Source: the human T2T-CHM13v2.0 reference genome, Homo sapiens | NCBI RefSeq assembly: GCF_009914755.1 | Contig: NC_060933.1 | Direction: 5' to 3' (one strand) | DNA: 64,000 nucleotides | In this document: piece after piece, positions 1 through 16,888 of the stretch | How the letters are laid out: the number at the start of each line of letters is the position of its first letter | Position numbering within the stretch: position 1 is the stretch's first letter | Notes under the pieces: generated by a model | Databases searched by the model: none | Told to the model about the DNA's origin: nothing | The model's input: only the letters and a program-made list of their open reading frames with translations | Program-made: the position numbers and the translations under genes

Positions 1-274
1 TCTCTTCACTTTATTTTTTTATTTTTTATTTTTTCTTGAGTTTTTTTTTTAATTTATTTATTTATTATTATTATACTTTAAGGTTTAGGGTACATGTGCA
101 CAATGTGCAGGTTAGTTACATATGTATACATGTGCCATGCTGGTGGGCTGCACCCACTAACTCGTCATCTAGCATTAGTTATATCTCCCAATGCTATCCC
201 TCCCCCCTCCCCCAAACCCACCACAGTCCCCAGAGTGTGATGTTCCCCTTCCTGTGTCCATGTGTTCTCATTGT

Positions 275-4102
<3,828 letters not shown>

Positions 4103-4165
4103 TATGATGTTAGCTGGTTATTTTGCTCGTTAGTTGATGCAGTTTCTTCCTAGTCTCGATGGTCT

Positions 4166-5209
4166 TTACATTTTGGCATGATTTTGCAGCAGCTGGTACC
4201 GGTTGTTCCTTTCCATGTTTAGCGCTTCCTTCAGGAGCTCTTTTAGGGCAAGCCTGGTGGTGACAAAATCTCTCAGCATTTGCTTGTCTGTAAAGTATTT
4301 TATTTCTCCTTCACTTTTGAAGCTTAGTTTGGCTGGATATGAAATTCTGGGTCGAAAATTCTTTTCTTTAAGAATGTTGAATATTGGCCCCCACTCTCTT
4401 CTGGCTTGTAGAGTTTCTGCCAAGAGATCTGCTGTTAGTCTGATGGGCTTCCCTTTGAGGGTAACCCGACCTTTCTCTCTGGCTGCGCTTAACATTTTTC
4501 CCTTCATTTCAACTTTGGTGAATCTGACAATTATGTGTCTTAGAGTTGCTCTTCTCGAGGAGTATCTTTGTGGCATTCTCTGTATTTCCTGAATCTGAAT
4601 GTTGGCCTGCCTTGCTAGATTGGGGAAGTTCTCCTGGATGATATCCTGCAGAGTGTTTTCCAACTTGGTTCCATTCTCCCCGTCAGTTTCAGGTACACCA
4701 ATCAGACGTAGATTTGGTCTTTTCACATAGTCCCGTATTTCTTGGAGGCTTTGTTTGTTTCTTTTTATTCTTTTTTCTCTAAACTTCCCTTCTTGCTTCA
4801 TTTCATTCATTTCATCTTCCATCGCTGATACCCTTTCTTCCAGTTGATCGCATCGGCTCCTGAGGCTTCTGCATTCTTCACGTAGTTCTCGAGCCTTGGT
4901 TTTCAGCTCCATCAGCTCCTTTAAGCACTTCTCTGTATTGGTTATTCTAGTAATACATTCTTCAAAATTTTTTTCAAAGTTTTCAACTTCTTTGCCTTTG
5001 GTTTGAATGTCCTCCCGTAGCTTGGAGTAATTTGATCGTCTGAAGCCTTATTTTCTCAGCTCGTCAAAGTCATTCTCCGTCCAGCTTTGTTCTGTTGTTG
5101 GTGAGGAGCTGCGTTTCTTTGGAGGAGGAGAGGCACTGCGTTCCTTTGGAGGAGGAGAGGCGCTCTGCTTTTTAGAGTTTCCAGGTTTTCTGCTCTGTTT
5201 TTTCCCCAT
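4166..5209 (-). pseudogene. L1 ORF1 (RNA-binding ORF1p), disrupted by an early nonsense codon
   Basis: ATG at 5209 (MGKKQSRK...). In-frame TAA at 5048-5050. The remainder is ORF 4166-4912, ending LQNHAKM. The span of 1044 nt equals the canonical 1017 plus a 27-nt duplication. Confidence 0.95.
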
Positions 5210-5678
5210 CTTTGCAGTTTTTATCTACTTTTGGTCTTTGATGATGGTGATGTACAGATGGGTTTTTGGTGTGGATGTCCTTTCTGTTTGTTAGTTTTCC
5301 TTCTAACAGACAGGACCTTCAGCTGCAGGTCTGTTGGATTACCCGGCCGTGTGAGGTGTCAGCCTGCCTCTGCTAGGGGGTGCCTCCCAGTTACCTCCCA
5401 GGGGGTGACCTCCCAGGGGGTCAGGGGTCAGGGACCCACTTGAGGAGGCAGTCTGCCCGTTCTCAGATCTCCAGCTGTGTGCTGGGAGAACCACTGCTCT
5501 CTTCAAACTGTCAGACAGGGACACTTAAGTCTGCGGAGGTTACTGCTGTCTTTTTGTGTGTCTGTGCCCTGCCCCCAGAGGTGGAGCCTACAGAGGCAGG
5601 CAGGCTTCCTTGAGCTGTGGTGGGCTCCACCCAGTTGGAGCTTCCTGGCTGCTTTGTTTACCTAAGCAAGCCTGGGCA

Positions 5679-5936
5679 ATGGCGGGCACCCCTCCCCCAG
5701 CCTCGCTGCCACCTTGCAGTTTGATCTCAGGCTGCTTTGCTAGCAATCAGCGAGACTCCGTGGGCGTGGGACCCTCCGAGCCAGGTGTGGGACACAATCT
5801 CCTGGTGCGCCGTTTTTCAAGCCCGTCGGAAAAGCGCAGCATTCTGGTGGGAGTGACCCAATCTTCCAGGTGCCGTCTGTCACCCCTTTCTTTGACTAGG
5901 AAAGGGAACTCCCTGACCCCCGTGCTTCCCAAGTGA
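5679..5936 (+). CDS. ORF0: L1 antisense ORF0 (85-aa variant), intact, downstream of the L1 antisense promoter
   Basis: GCAATGG (strong Kozak) at 5679 opens MAGTPPPASLPPCSLISGCFASNQRDSVGVGPSEPG..., matching known ORF0. Splice-donor GTs at 5785 and 5870. Confidence 0.75.
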   Translation: MAGTPPPASLPPCSLISGCFASNQRDSVGVGPSEPGVGHNLLVRRFSSPSEKRSILVGVTQSSRCRLSPLSLTRKGNSLTPVLPK

Positions 5937-6234
5937 GACAATGCCTCGCCCTGCTTCGGCTCGCGGATGGAGCACGCACCCACTGACCTGAGCCCACTGT
6001 CTGGCACTCCCTAGTGAGATGAACCCGGTACCTCAGATGGAAATGGAGAAATCGCCTGTCTTCTGCGTCTCTAACGCTGGGAGCTGTATACCGGAGCTGT
6101 TCCTATTCGGCCATCTTGGCTCCTCTCTCCTCTCTTCACTTTAATAATGGATTAGTTTTCTGCCTTCTCCTGTGGGGAATCCTTTTGGTAAGGGAGGGAA
6201 GAAAGATTAGTTATTCTTGTGCATCGGTATCTTT

Positions 6235-6715
6235 TTCTTTTTTTATTGTAGTAAGAACATCTAACATGAGATCTACCCTCTTAACAATTTTTTAAGTGTA
6301 CAATACAGTATTGCTAACTATAGGCATGAGGATGTGCAGCAGATCTCTGGAACGTTTCACTCTTCATAACTGAAGCTTTATACCCCTTGAATCGCAGTTT
6401 CCCATTTCCCTGTCTTCATAGCCCCTGGCATCCACCATTCTACACTCTTTCTATGGGGTTGACTATTTTAATTACCTGACACAAGTGGAATCATGCATTA
6501 TTTGTCTTTCTGTGACTGGTTTATTTCATGTAGCATAAAGTCATCAAGGTTCATCCATGTTTTTGCATATGGCAAGGTTTCCTTTTTAAATCTGAATAAT
6601 ATTCCATTTTCTACATATACCACATTTACTTTATCCCTTTTTCTGTTAGTGGACATTTAACTTGTTCTCACAGCTTGGCTATTGCAAATAATGCTGCAAT
6701 GAATATCTCATAAGT
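6235..6715 (-). mobile_element. Old L1M (L1MA/L1MB-type) 3' fragment
   Basis: Typical antisense L1M 3' UTR motifs (AGTGGAATCATGCATTATTTGTCTTTCTGTGACTGG, AATAATGCTGCAATGAA). Confidence 0.65.
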
Positions 6716-6804
6716 CTTGTATATGTCCATACAAGATCATGAAAATGGACATGTCTCTGGGTATTTTGAATTGGTGGGACAATTTTGCTTAAGGGTAGGC
6801 TTAG

Positions 6805-7161
<357 letters not shown>

Positions 7162-8383
7162 CTTATATATGTATTTCTAATTTTGCCTTAGCCATGCCCT
7201 TAAAAACTAATTATACTTTCAACTAGTTTTTTTTTCCACCTTCAGTCTGTGGTATTGTTCACATTTTGAAAACAATACCTACAGTAACCTGTGAGGTAGG
7301 ACATGATAGTGTTTTATTGGACCCCTTTTACTTTATGAATTGGAAAAATTAAATTTGCATGTAGTTTGTAAAAAAAAATAAAGAAAAAAGAAATTGATTG
7401 AGACTATTTCAGCAGCCAGAAGTGTGGGACAGGCAGGGCAGTTATTCCTCCTTCTCAGTTTGGAAACTGAAGCTCAGAGAGTAAACTTGTCAGTGACACA
7501 GTTATTCAAGAAGTTGTCTTCAGTTGAGAGATATGTTTTTCACCTGTAGCTTCTGGTATTGGAGCAGTACCTTTTTAGACTAAACAAATTACAGTTAAAA
7601 TTATAAAGGTATTTTTGGAGTACCTGGAAAAAATCAGCATTTTGCTTTTCTAGTTCCATTTAGTAGGAAGGCAGGAAAGTTTGGTATACCTGAATTACAT
7701 GTGAGTTATTTCTATTTTTCTAAAAATTCTTATAAATTGTATAAGGTAAAAATGACTACTTCTTGTTTTATGGTAAATATAGTTATATCCTTTCAAGCCA
7801 CTGCTGTACAAAGTTGTGAAATCTCCCTGAGCCTTTTTCCCTCATGTCAGCTTCAGGTATCCAGTATCACTTATGCTTGATAATGATTGTATGAAAATCA
7901 TTCAGAATTATACTATGTTTTTTCATATAAAGCTTTTGTTTTACTAATTTTGAAATAACTGTTCCTCCATTAAGCGAATACAGCCCTAAGCATAAATTTG
8001 GTTTGTTCATTTAAAAATGGTCTTTTTTCCCATCTTAGTTCTGGCTTTACTAGGGAGATAGATTGGCTGAGGTTGTCACCTAATTCTGGGAGGTTAAGAG
8101 CCTTTGTCTTTTGCTACCCATTTCTGAAATAACCAGAAGTCTAGCCCATCCTAACTTTTCTCTCGATGATCCTTTTCTTCTTTTTACTTCAAGGTTCCAG
8201 CCCTTCATTTGACTATCAGTGCTGTTTCACTAGTTAGCCATGATCCCTTTCATCCTCTGTGTCTGGATTAGAACTGTATTTTTAATTTGATGCTGTGGGC
8301 AGTTTTGATAGTTACAGATCCTGTGATACATTTAAATGTGTTTACAAGGGGAACAAATGAAACAATGCTGCATGAAATTTGCC

Positions 8384-8688
8384 TTTCTTTTTTTTTTTTT
8401 TCCCCTTGGAGACAGGGTCTGGGTCTATTGCCCAGGCTAGAGTGCAGTGGTGCAATGTCAGCTCCCTATAGCCTCTGTGTCCTGGGCTTAAGCCATCTTC
8501 CCACCTCAGACTCATGAGTAGCTGGGACTATAGGCACGCACTACCATGCCTGGCTAATTTTTTATTTTGGTAGAAGATGAGGTTTTGCCATGTTGCCGAA
8601 GCTGATCTTAAACTCCTGGGCTTAAGTGATCTGCCCACCTCAGCCTCCCAAAGTAATGGGATTATAGGCATGAGCCACCACACTTGGC
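8384..8688 (-). mobile_element. AluJ
   Basis: Antisense Alu dimer, diverged, J-type motifs. Confidence 0.85.
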
Positions 8689-9011
8689 TTTTTCTTTTTT
8701 TATATTTATTTAATTATTTTATTTTATTGAGACAGAGTCTCACTCTGACACCTGGGCTGGAATGCAGTGGCTATCATGGCTCTCTGCAGTCGTGAACTCC
8801 TGGACTCAAGTGATCCTCCCATCTCAGCCTCCTGAGTAGCTGGGACTACAGGCTTGCACCCATGCCTGGCTAATTTTTTTATTTTTACTTTTTTGTAGTG
8901 ACAGGCTCTCGCTACGTTGCTCAGGCTCATCTTGAACTCCTGGCCTCAAGTGATTCTCCTACTTGGTCTCTCAAAGTGCTGGGATTATAAGCCTGAGCCA
9001 CTGAACCCAGC
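8689..9011 (-). mobile_element. AluJ (tandem with previous)
   Basis: Second antisense Alu dimer directly adjacent. Confidence 0.85.
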
Positions 9012-9393
9012 AAAATTTGCCTTTCTTAAACTAATTTATCTCTGTTGGGTCCAAGAGCTTACAAGTTGGTTGTCATTTAATATGTTAAACACTAGAATAT
9101 TTTTTAGTTGAAATTTTATTTTTTCCCATTACATATTGTATCCTTTAGTGCTTTATTTCACTAATAAGAATTATAGTATGCAATCATTTCCCACCTCTAT
9201 ATTCAGTATATCAATTTTTGTTTTTCCTTTCTGCTTCTGTCTTTTGCTATAATTTGCTGTAATACAGGTACTTTCATCAAGTCATCCAGTTCTTTATATC
9301 ATTCTATATTTTTACTTGGGAGAAATAGAAATGTTGCTAATTCCATCTTACTGACAATACCTAAATTATTGTTTGTTATAGAACATAATGATT

Positions 9394-9750
<357 letters not shown>

Positions 9751-9973
9751 TTACATTTTATGCGTGCAGAATTTACATTTTATGTGTGCAGAGACAAAAA
9801 TTGTTATAAGATTACAAGTTAATGTGCAAGATGATTTCCGATTCATGAGTTTCAGGTTTTGATAGCATATCCTTATCCACTAGATTAGTCTTTTAAAAAT
9901 GTGTATGATAGGGAAAAAATCGAGGGCATGAAATTCTGAGACTTATGGGAACTAAACTTAAATGTTCGTTGTT

Positions 9974-10009
<36 letters not shown>

Positions 10010-11078
10010 CATATGAAGTTTTAGGCAGTCATTGTCCAACAACATTAAATACTGAACATATGGGAAAAGCATATGATTTTTCGAAATGTTTTTCTAAAGT
10101 AATCTCATTCTACATACACTTAAGAGCAGTTATAATGCTTTAGTGACACTTGAAGTAGCTTTTTAATGTGATCTCACCACTATAGGGAAGGCCGTTGCAT
10201 GACTTTTTTGTGTGTGCTTAACTGCTAAACAGGAGAATCTTTTCCTGAGCAACCAGCTGGGAAGGATTTAATTTGACATTCTCCCTACTAGGACCCCCCC
10301 AAAGAGACTCATTCCCTCCAATAGTTCCTACAAGTTCTTTCTCTTTCCTAAACTTGCTGTTACTAATTTATCCCTCACTGTTTTCAAGGCAAAGCATCTG
10401 CAAGGTTTTAAGTCCTTTCCCCCTCCCGTCCTGTCCCCATCAGTGTTGAAATGTATGCTACAGTTATTATGGTTGTAATTTGTTATGCCATGTTGATCTT
10501 CTTGTGCTTTTCATATCAGAACAATGCATTTTTAACATTCTGACTTTCTTTTTCTCTCAATTGGTAACTGACTATATAGAAAATTTATATTTATGGATAC
10601 TATTTCTTTTTTAATAAGTTCAAGGGAAAACATTGATAAAGGAAAATTTATCCTTTCAACTTTCTTTAGGTGCCAGCATTATTTTCATATTAGGAAGCAG
10701 GAGAAAGTTAAGGAACTCTAAGCAATACTAGAATGGTTATATATATATTTAAGTTTGTATTAAACCTGTTGGAATGGTAAAGAAATTTACTGACATATTT
10801 AACCATACAAAATAGTGTTGCTAAAAGACTAGTTTTTCTCTTTATTCTGTGCATATGTATATATATGAATGTGTGTGTTTTTTTTAAGAAATTTTAAAAA
10901 AACTTAATCTGCCAGCTTTTCTCTATTGGAATTTGCGAACAACTTGTAAAATTGGAATTACAGAATATTAGAATAGTCAGTTATGGAAAGTCACTTCATT
11001 ATCCTTGTGTCACTAAATAACGTATAAAGTTAAATCAGAAGTGTATTCATCTCTGAATTTCTAATCAGTTGTTTTTAG

Positions 11079-11130
11079 TTTGCAGAAAAAACTTCAGCAT
11101 GTGCCAGGAACACAACCTCACCTTGATCAG
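11079..11130 (+). CDS. ZNG1: ZNG1/CBWD (COBW-domain Zn-regulated GTPase metalloprotein activator) internal coding exon, 52 nt
   Basis: tttttag|T TTG CAG... encodes (S)LQKKLQHVPGTQPHLDQ|gtaaag, matching human CBWD proteins. Paralog not resolved. Confidence 0.92.
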
Positions 11131-12919
11131 GTAAAGAAAAAAAATCTAAATCTAAAATTCCTAATCAATGTTTTTAAAGGACCTCTTTAACTAGATAGGC
11201 TATGTTTAGGACTATTTTATTATAAACTTTTTCTAAAATGGTATTTTTGAACTGTGTTGATAATTTTTGGAATCTTAAATGCTTTTGACATAGTCTAATT
11301 CTATTTCTTAACACATAATAGGAATTCATCAAACCAGATTTGTTTTAGAATCTGAGGAAATCATGCTTTCTAGCTTTTCCATTCTGTAGATTGCTTAGCA
11401 TATTGGTTAGTTCTGATAGGGATTACTCCTTAAAAGCAGCCTGGGGGTTCTATAGGCAGTCTGTTTTTAAGTATGTTGAATTGTTTAAGGAAAGGTCTGA
11501 TATAAGCATGGCTTATTTAAATAAAAATTGACTTGGAGTTTCACCTTCAGGTAGCACTATAAATTTGAACTCCTTAAGATGTTTTTCATGCTCTAAAATT
11601 CTAATCCCTAAGGTAAATATCTAAGATGCTAGGAACAATTTAAATATAATTTTACTGTACCTGCATTTCTGTTAAGCAGATCATAGATCGTAGAGCTTTA
11701 GGATAACTTCTTTGTTCCTCTTAAAACCCTGAGGGGTGGAGTGGGGGATGTGTAAGTGAGCAGTGTGCCTAATCTTCCTTCCTCTCTCTCAAGTGATCAC
11801 TCAATTTTTGAATTGCTATTGGTTGTAATAGGGCCAAGATAACAGCTACTTGCATTTGTATTCATTTTGGTTCATATTTATGAGCAGGTTTGCTACTATG
11901 TTTGTGGCACCTTTCCCTGTGAAACTTTTGTTAATAGGATATTCCTCTTCACTTATCTTTAAAATGAATAAATGAGAGAAATACAAGTCCTTGGAGATAG
12001 AATTTATGGTAAAAAAAAAAACCCAGTTCTTTATGATAGTCAGTATCTGTCATATAGTTGAACATGAAGCACATTTGAGCTTCTGGGTAAAGAACGTGAT
12101 GCCAAGAATCATAGGGATGAAAAGATGAAGAAAACGCAGTACTCACTTACCATGAACATTTGGAGCAGCCAGTGTCTCCATCCATAGAATCTCGAATGAA
12201 CCCCTATTGTGGCAGTTATGATGCCTTGTAGTTTGGTTGAAATGCTTTTGCCTTGCATTAGTCTATAAATTCCTTAAATATAAAATCTTTATTGCTTAGT
12301 ACAGGGCTTGGTGGATACTCAGTGAATATTTGTTAAAAGAATGAAAAGCTGTGTTTCTCAAATGGGGTATAAATCAGAATCACATGTGGAGCTTTTTTAA
12401 AAAAAATTCGATAACTCAGTAGTTCTCACCCCTCAGTCTCCAAGATTGGGACTTGGGTATGTGTATATTAATGTATATTTTTAACATTTTATTATGGAAG
12501 ATTTCAAAGATATAAAAGAATAAACAGAATAGTAAAGTAAACTCCTTGTATGCATCACCCAGTTTAAATGGCGTCAACATTTAGCTGATTTTATTTCACC
12601 TATCCTCCCAACATTTCTTTTGCCTGGAGTATTTAAAAAAAAATGTATTTTAATAGGAAATTTCAAACGTGCATAAGAGTAGAATAGTATAATGAGCCTG
12701 TATGTACCTATTGCCCTTGGTGTAGTGTATTAAAGCAAATTCCAGACATTATGTCACTTTACTACTAAATAGGGCATATCTATATTTTTGTAGCCTCTGT
12801 AGGAGATTCTGATGCACTGTCCTGCTTTAGATAATATAAACATAGGGAAAAATAGTATCACAGCCAAAGGGCTATGGGATTCAGAGGCATGAACAATTTC
12901 ATTTGGTTTAGTGGATCTG

Positions 12920-13424
12920 AGGTGTATGGGAGGAAATTTATCTTTTCCTCGCCTATCTCTAGATTCATGGCTGAGGTCTCTCTAACAGAAGACCAACTAT
13001 CAAGAGAAATTTCAACATAGAAATTTATTTAGTAAGTTTTACTTGACACAGGAGCCTTCATAAAACATACCTGTGTATGTTTTCTGTTAGTTATGATATG
13101 GAAGAGGATAGTAATGGAGAAGCATAATTAGATAAAACAGTATGATCTAATAATAAACTGGGAAGAACTTAGCAAGGCCTGTTTGCTCAGATTTTTCTCT
13201 GTGACCCTTCATATTCAGACTTAAGGATGTTCTTTTCCTCTGTGTATAGAGAGGGCACCTCTTAAATGAGGGTCTTATGACCTGCATCAGCGGAAGGTCA
13301 GAAAATCTTTCCTAGGTTTTATGACCTGCTTCAGGAGAGAAGGTGAGAGTGACCTTCCTGATTCTGCCATTTTCTCAAATATTGAGTTGCCATATTTTGG
13401 GATAGCATGTCCTGAACCCCATCA
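12920..13424 (-). mobile_element. MER31-like ERV1 solo LTR
   Basis: Minus strand begins TGATGGGGTTCAGGACATGCTATCCCAAAATATGGC and carries GAAGCAGGTCATAA, as in recalled MER31 LTRs. Confidence 0.7.
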
Positions 13425-13533
13425 AATGCTTCATGAGGATAGTTTTTCATTTGTTTCTTTTGGTTTTGGTTTATTTATTTGCATACAGTAAAGCATGCAA
13501 ATGTGTAATTTTAGTGTACAATTCAATGTTTGG

Positions 13534-14072
<539 letters not shown>

Positions 14073-15398
14073 TAACCTTGAACTGGTAGGATTTTTTTTG
14101 ACGGTAGGATTTTTTTTGACGGGAAGAAGTAAGGAAAAGAGCAATACTGATGTTTAAAAATGAGAAGGTGAGAATCTTATAGATGAGTAGGTCTCTGGTA
14201 CAGAAGTCTTAGTGGAGAGTTGGTACTGGAATCCTGGTCTAAGGTATTAGGTTTTAATTTGCTAGACAAAGAGAACTCAAGCAGTGCTGTCTAGGAGTGT
14301 TATGTAAGCTAGATTGGACTTTAGAGTCAGGAGACCATGCGGGAAGATACTGTGTGATAAGGGCCTGAAACATGTTGGTTACAGTGAGACTAGAAATGGG
14401 ATAAATCCAGAGCTGTTTCACCAGTAGACTTGCCTGAATATCCTGTCTGACTGATTATGGATCAGAAAGAAAAGAAGGGGTGATGGGAAACAAGCCTAGA
14501 TTGACTAGAGAAACCTAGACATAGAAAAATCGGGAAGGCAAAGTGATTTGGATGATAATGCCATATATTCAGTTGTCCCTGGTGGCCAGATATTATAGTA
14601 TAGATATTATACAGGCAAAGAAGAACAGAGGGATAGAGTGTGAAGGTACAGATTTTGAGTTTAAGCACATTAGGGGGCTTAGTGTTCTGGATGAAGAAAA
14701 CATATAAAAGTTATTGTATGTTAGGTATTGTTTGCAAAAGAGTAGAAAATGGAGAAATAACCCAGTGGGTTAAAGAAGAAACAGACTAAATAAACAAACC
14801 TGAGTAAGTTGTTCCTAAATTTTATTTTAGAGGCAATTCCTCATTTTGCTTCAGTTTTCTCAATTATTGCCTCACTTTTCTGTTTCTTTCTGTGTCAGCA
14901 TACATGGAAAAAGGAGTTAATTTTAGATTCAAAACAAAAACTGGAAAAAAAAAGTCTGAAATGGGTAATACCTAGGACCTAGTATATATGTGTTATTAAG
15001 GCTCTATCCCTGAATTTTTAATGTAGTTATCTATTTTTCATGGATTCTTTGTTTATTCCCCATAAGGAACACCTGGGTTTGGAGAATGGGAAGGTAGATG
15101 AGAAAACCCAAGTGACAAATAATGTTTAGTTTATTATTAGAACCAACTATGAGTTGTGACCCTTATCTTCTGCACTGGGAATTACAGATTTTTTCAGGGT
15201 TTTTCTAACGTGAAAAGAGTTTATTGGTGTAGGAAAACATCTGGTTCCAAAATATAGATCATCCTTCTTGAGCCCCATGATGCGTTATCTTAATTTTTAA
15301 AGCCTTTTGTGTCTCATACTGGAGTTTATTGTACCCCTTAAAAATATTAAGTCACATATTTAACCTGATAAAAGCAAAAATCATTATAAAAATCTTTA

Positions 15399-15691
15399 GG
15401 CTGGGTGTGGTGGCTTATGCTTGTAATCCTAGCGCTTTGACAGGCCAAGGTGGGTGGATTGCTTAAAACCCAGGAGTTGTAGACCAGCCTGGGCAACATG
15501 GTGAAACCCCATTTCTGCAAAAAAAATACAAAAATTTAGCCAGGTATGGTGGCATGTACCTGTAATCCCAGCTACTCGAGAGGCTGAAGTGGGAGGATTG
15601 CTTTAGCTTGGGAGTTCAAAGCTACAGTAAGCCATGATTGTGCCACTCTACTCCAGCCTGGGCAACAGAGTGAGACCCCATCTCAAAAAAA
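15399..15691 (+). mobile_element. AluJ
   Basis: Sense Alu dimer flanked by AAAATCTTTA direct repeat (15389-15398, 15703-15712). Confidence 0.88.
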
Positions 15692-16001
15692 TTTATTCAG
15701 TTAAAATCTTTAACAATAAAGCAATTTTGAGTCGTATTTTGTGACATTCTCAATATAGTTTTCCAACTTGCATTAAAATACATTTTAAACATTTTTGAAG
15801 ACTAAATTAATTTTTTAACTGACATTTATGTTTCATTTGACAACCTTTTGCTGTATATTTTATGTGGACTTTTAGGTATTGTAGTGATTCCTTTAATGAA
15901 GAAATAAAATAATTGTCATTTAAAAATGCATATTATTATTACCTTATGCTATAAAAATAGTTTTAAAATAGAGTATGTTTATTAAGATTTAAAAATAAGT
16001 A

Positions 16002-16286
16002 TAGTCATGCACTGCATAACAGCGTTTTAGTCAGACTGCATAAGATTACAATGGAGCTGAAAAATTACTGTCACACAAATACTTACCATTGTGTTATTAT
16101 TTCCATACACTGTTCAGTACAGTAACATATATGCTGTACAGGTTTGTAGCCTAGGAGCAACAGGCTATACAGCATAGCTTAGGTGTGTAGTAGGTTATAC
16201 CATCTAGGTTTGTGTAAGTACACTATCATGTTTGTATAACAACAAAATTGCCCAACAGCTCATTTCTCTTTATGTATCCATGACTG
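16002..16286. mobile_element. Tigger3/MER7-type non-autonomous DNA transposon
   Basis: AGTCATG...CATGACTG terminal inverted ends with TA flanks; internal TGTACAGGTTTGTAGCCTAGGAGCAA motif. Confidence 0.75.
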
Positions 16287-16289
16287 TAT

Positions 16290-16740
16290 ATTTTTTATTG
16301 TGGTAAAAAACACTTAACGTGAGACCTACCTTCTTCCACAAATTTTTAAGGGTACAATATAGTATTGTTAACTGTATGTACATTGTTATATAGCAGATCT
16401 CTAGAACTTTTCATCTTGCATGACTAAAATTATACCCATTGAACAGCACCTCCCAATTTTCGTCTCCCTCTAACCCCTGGTAACCACCATTTTACTTTCT
16501 GATTTGATGAGTTTTACTGTTTTAGACACCTGATATTAGTGGATTCATGCAATATTTGTCCTTCTGTGACTGGCTTATTTCATTTAGTGTAATGTCCTCA
16601 AGATTCATCCATGTTGTAGTATATGACAGGATTTTTTTAAGGATACATAATATTTGGTTGTATGTATATTACCACATTTATTTTATCCATTCAACTGTCC
16701 TGGACATTTAGGTGGTTGTTAGTGTCTTGACTGCTGTGAC
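16290..16740 (-). mobile_element. Old L1M (L1MA/L1MB-type) 3' fragment
   Basis: Antisense L1M 3' UTR, similar to 6235-6715. Confidence 0.65.
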
Positions 16741-16888
16741 AAAATAAGTACTTTTAAAAGTCTCACATTTGCAAGTTCAATTTGAACCTTTTTTTAGTCT
16801 GCTTGCACTTCTCTTATCAAGCAAGAAAGCACTTTTCTGCTTTTTCTATTACTAGTAACAGTGGAGATTAAATATCTCATGTTTTTGG

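Noticed and set aside
9977-10005. T29 run as a tail-only retro-insertion
   Set aside because: No flanking TSD or element body; simple homopolymer
14085-14120. 18-bp direct repeat GGTAGGATTTTTTTTGAC x2 (also a 22-bp-period repeat at 61823-61864)
   Set aside because: Ordinary local slippage duplications with no further structure
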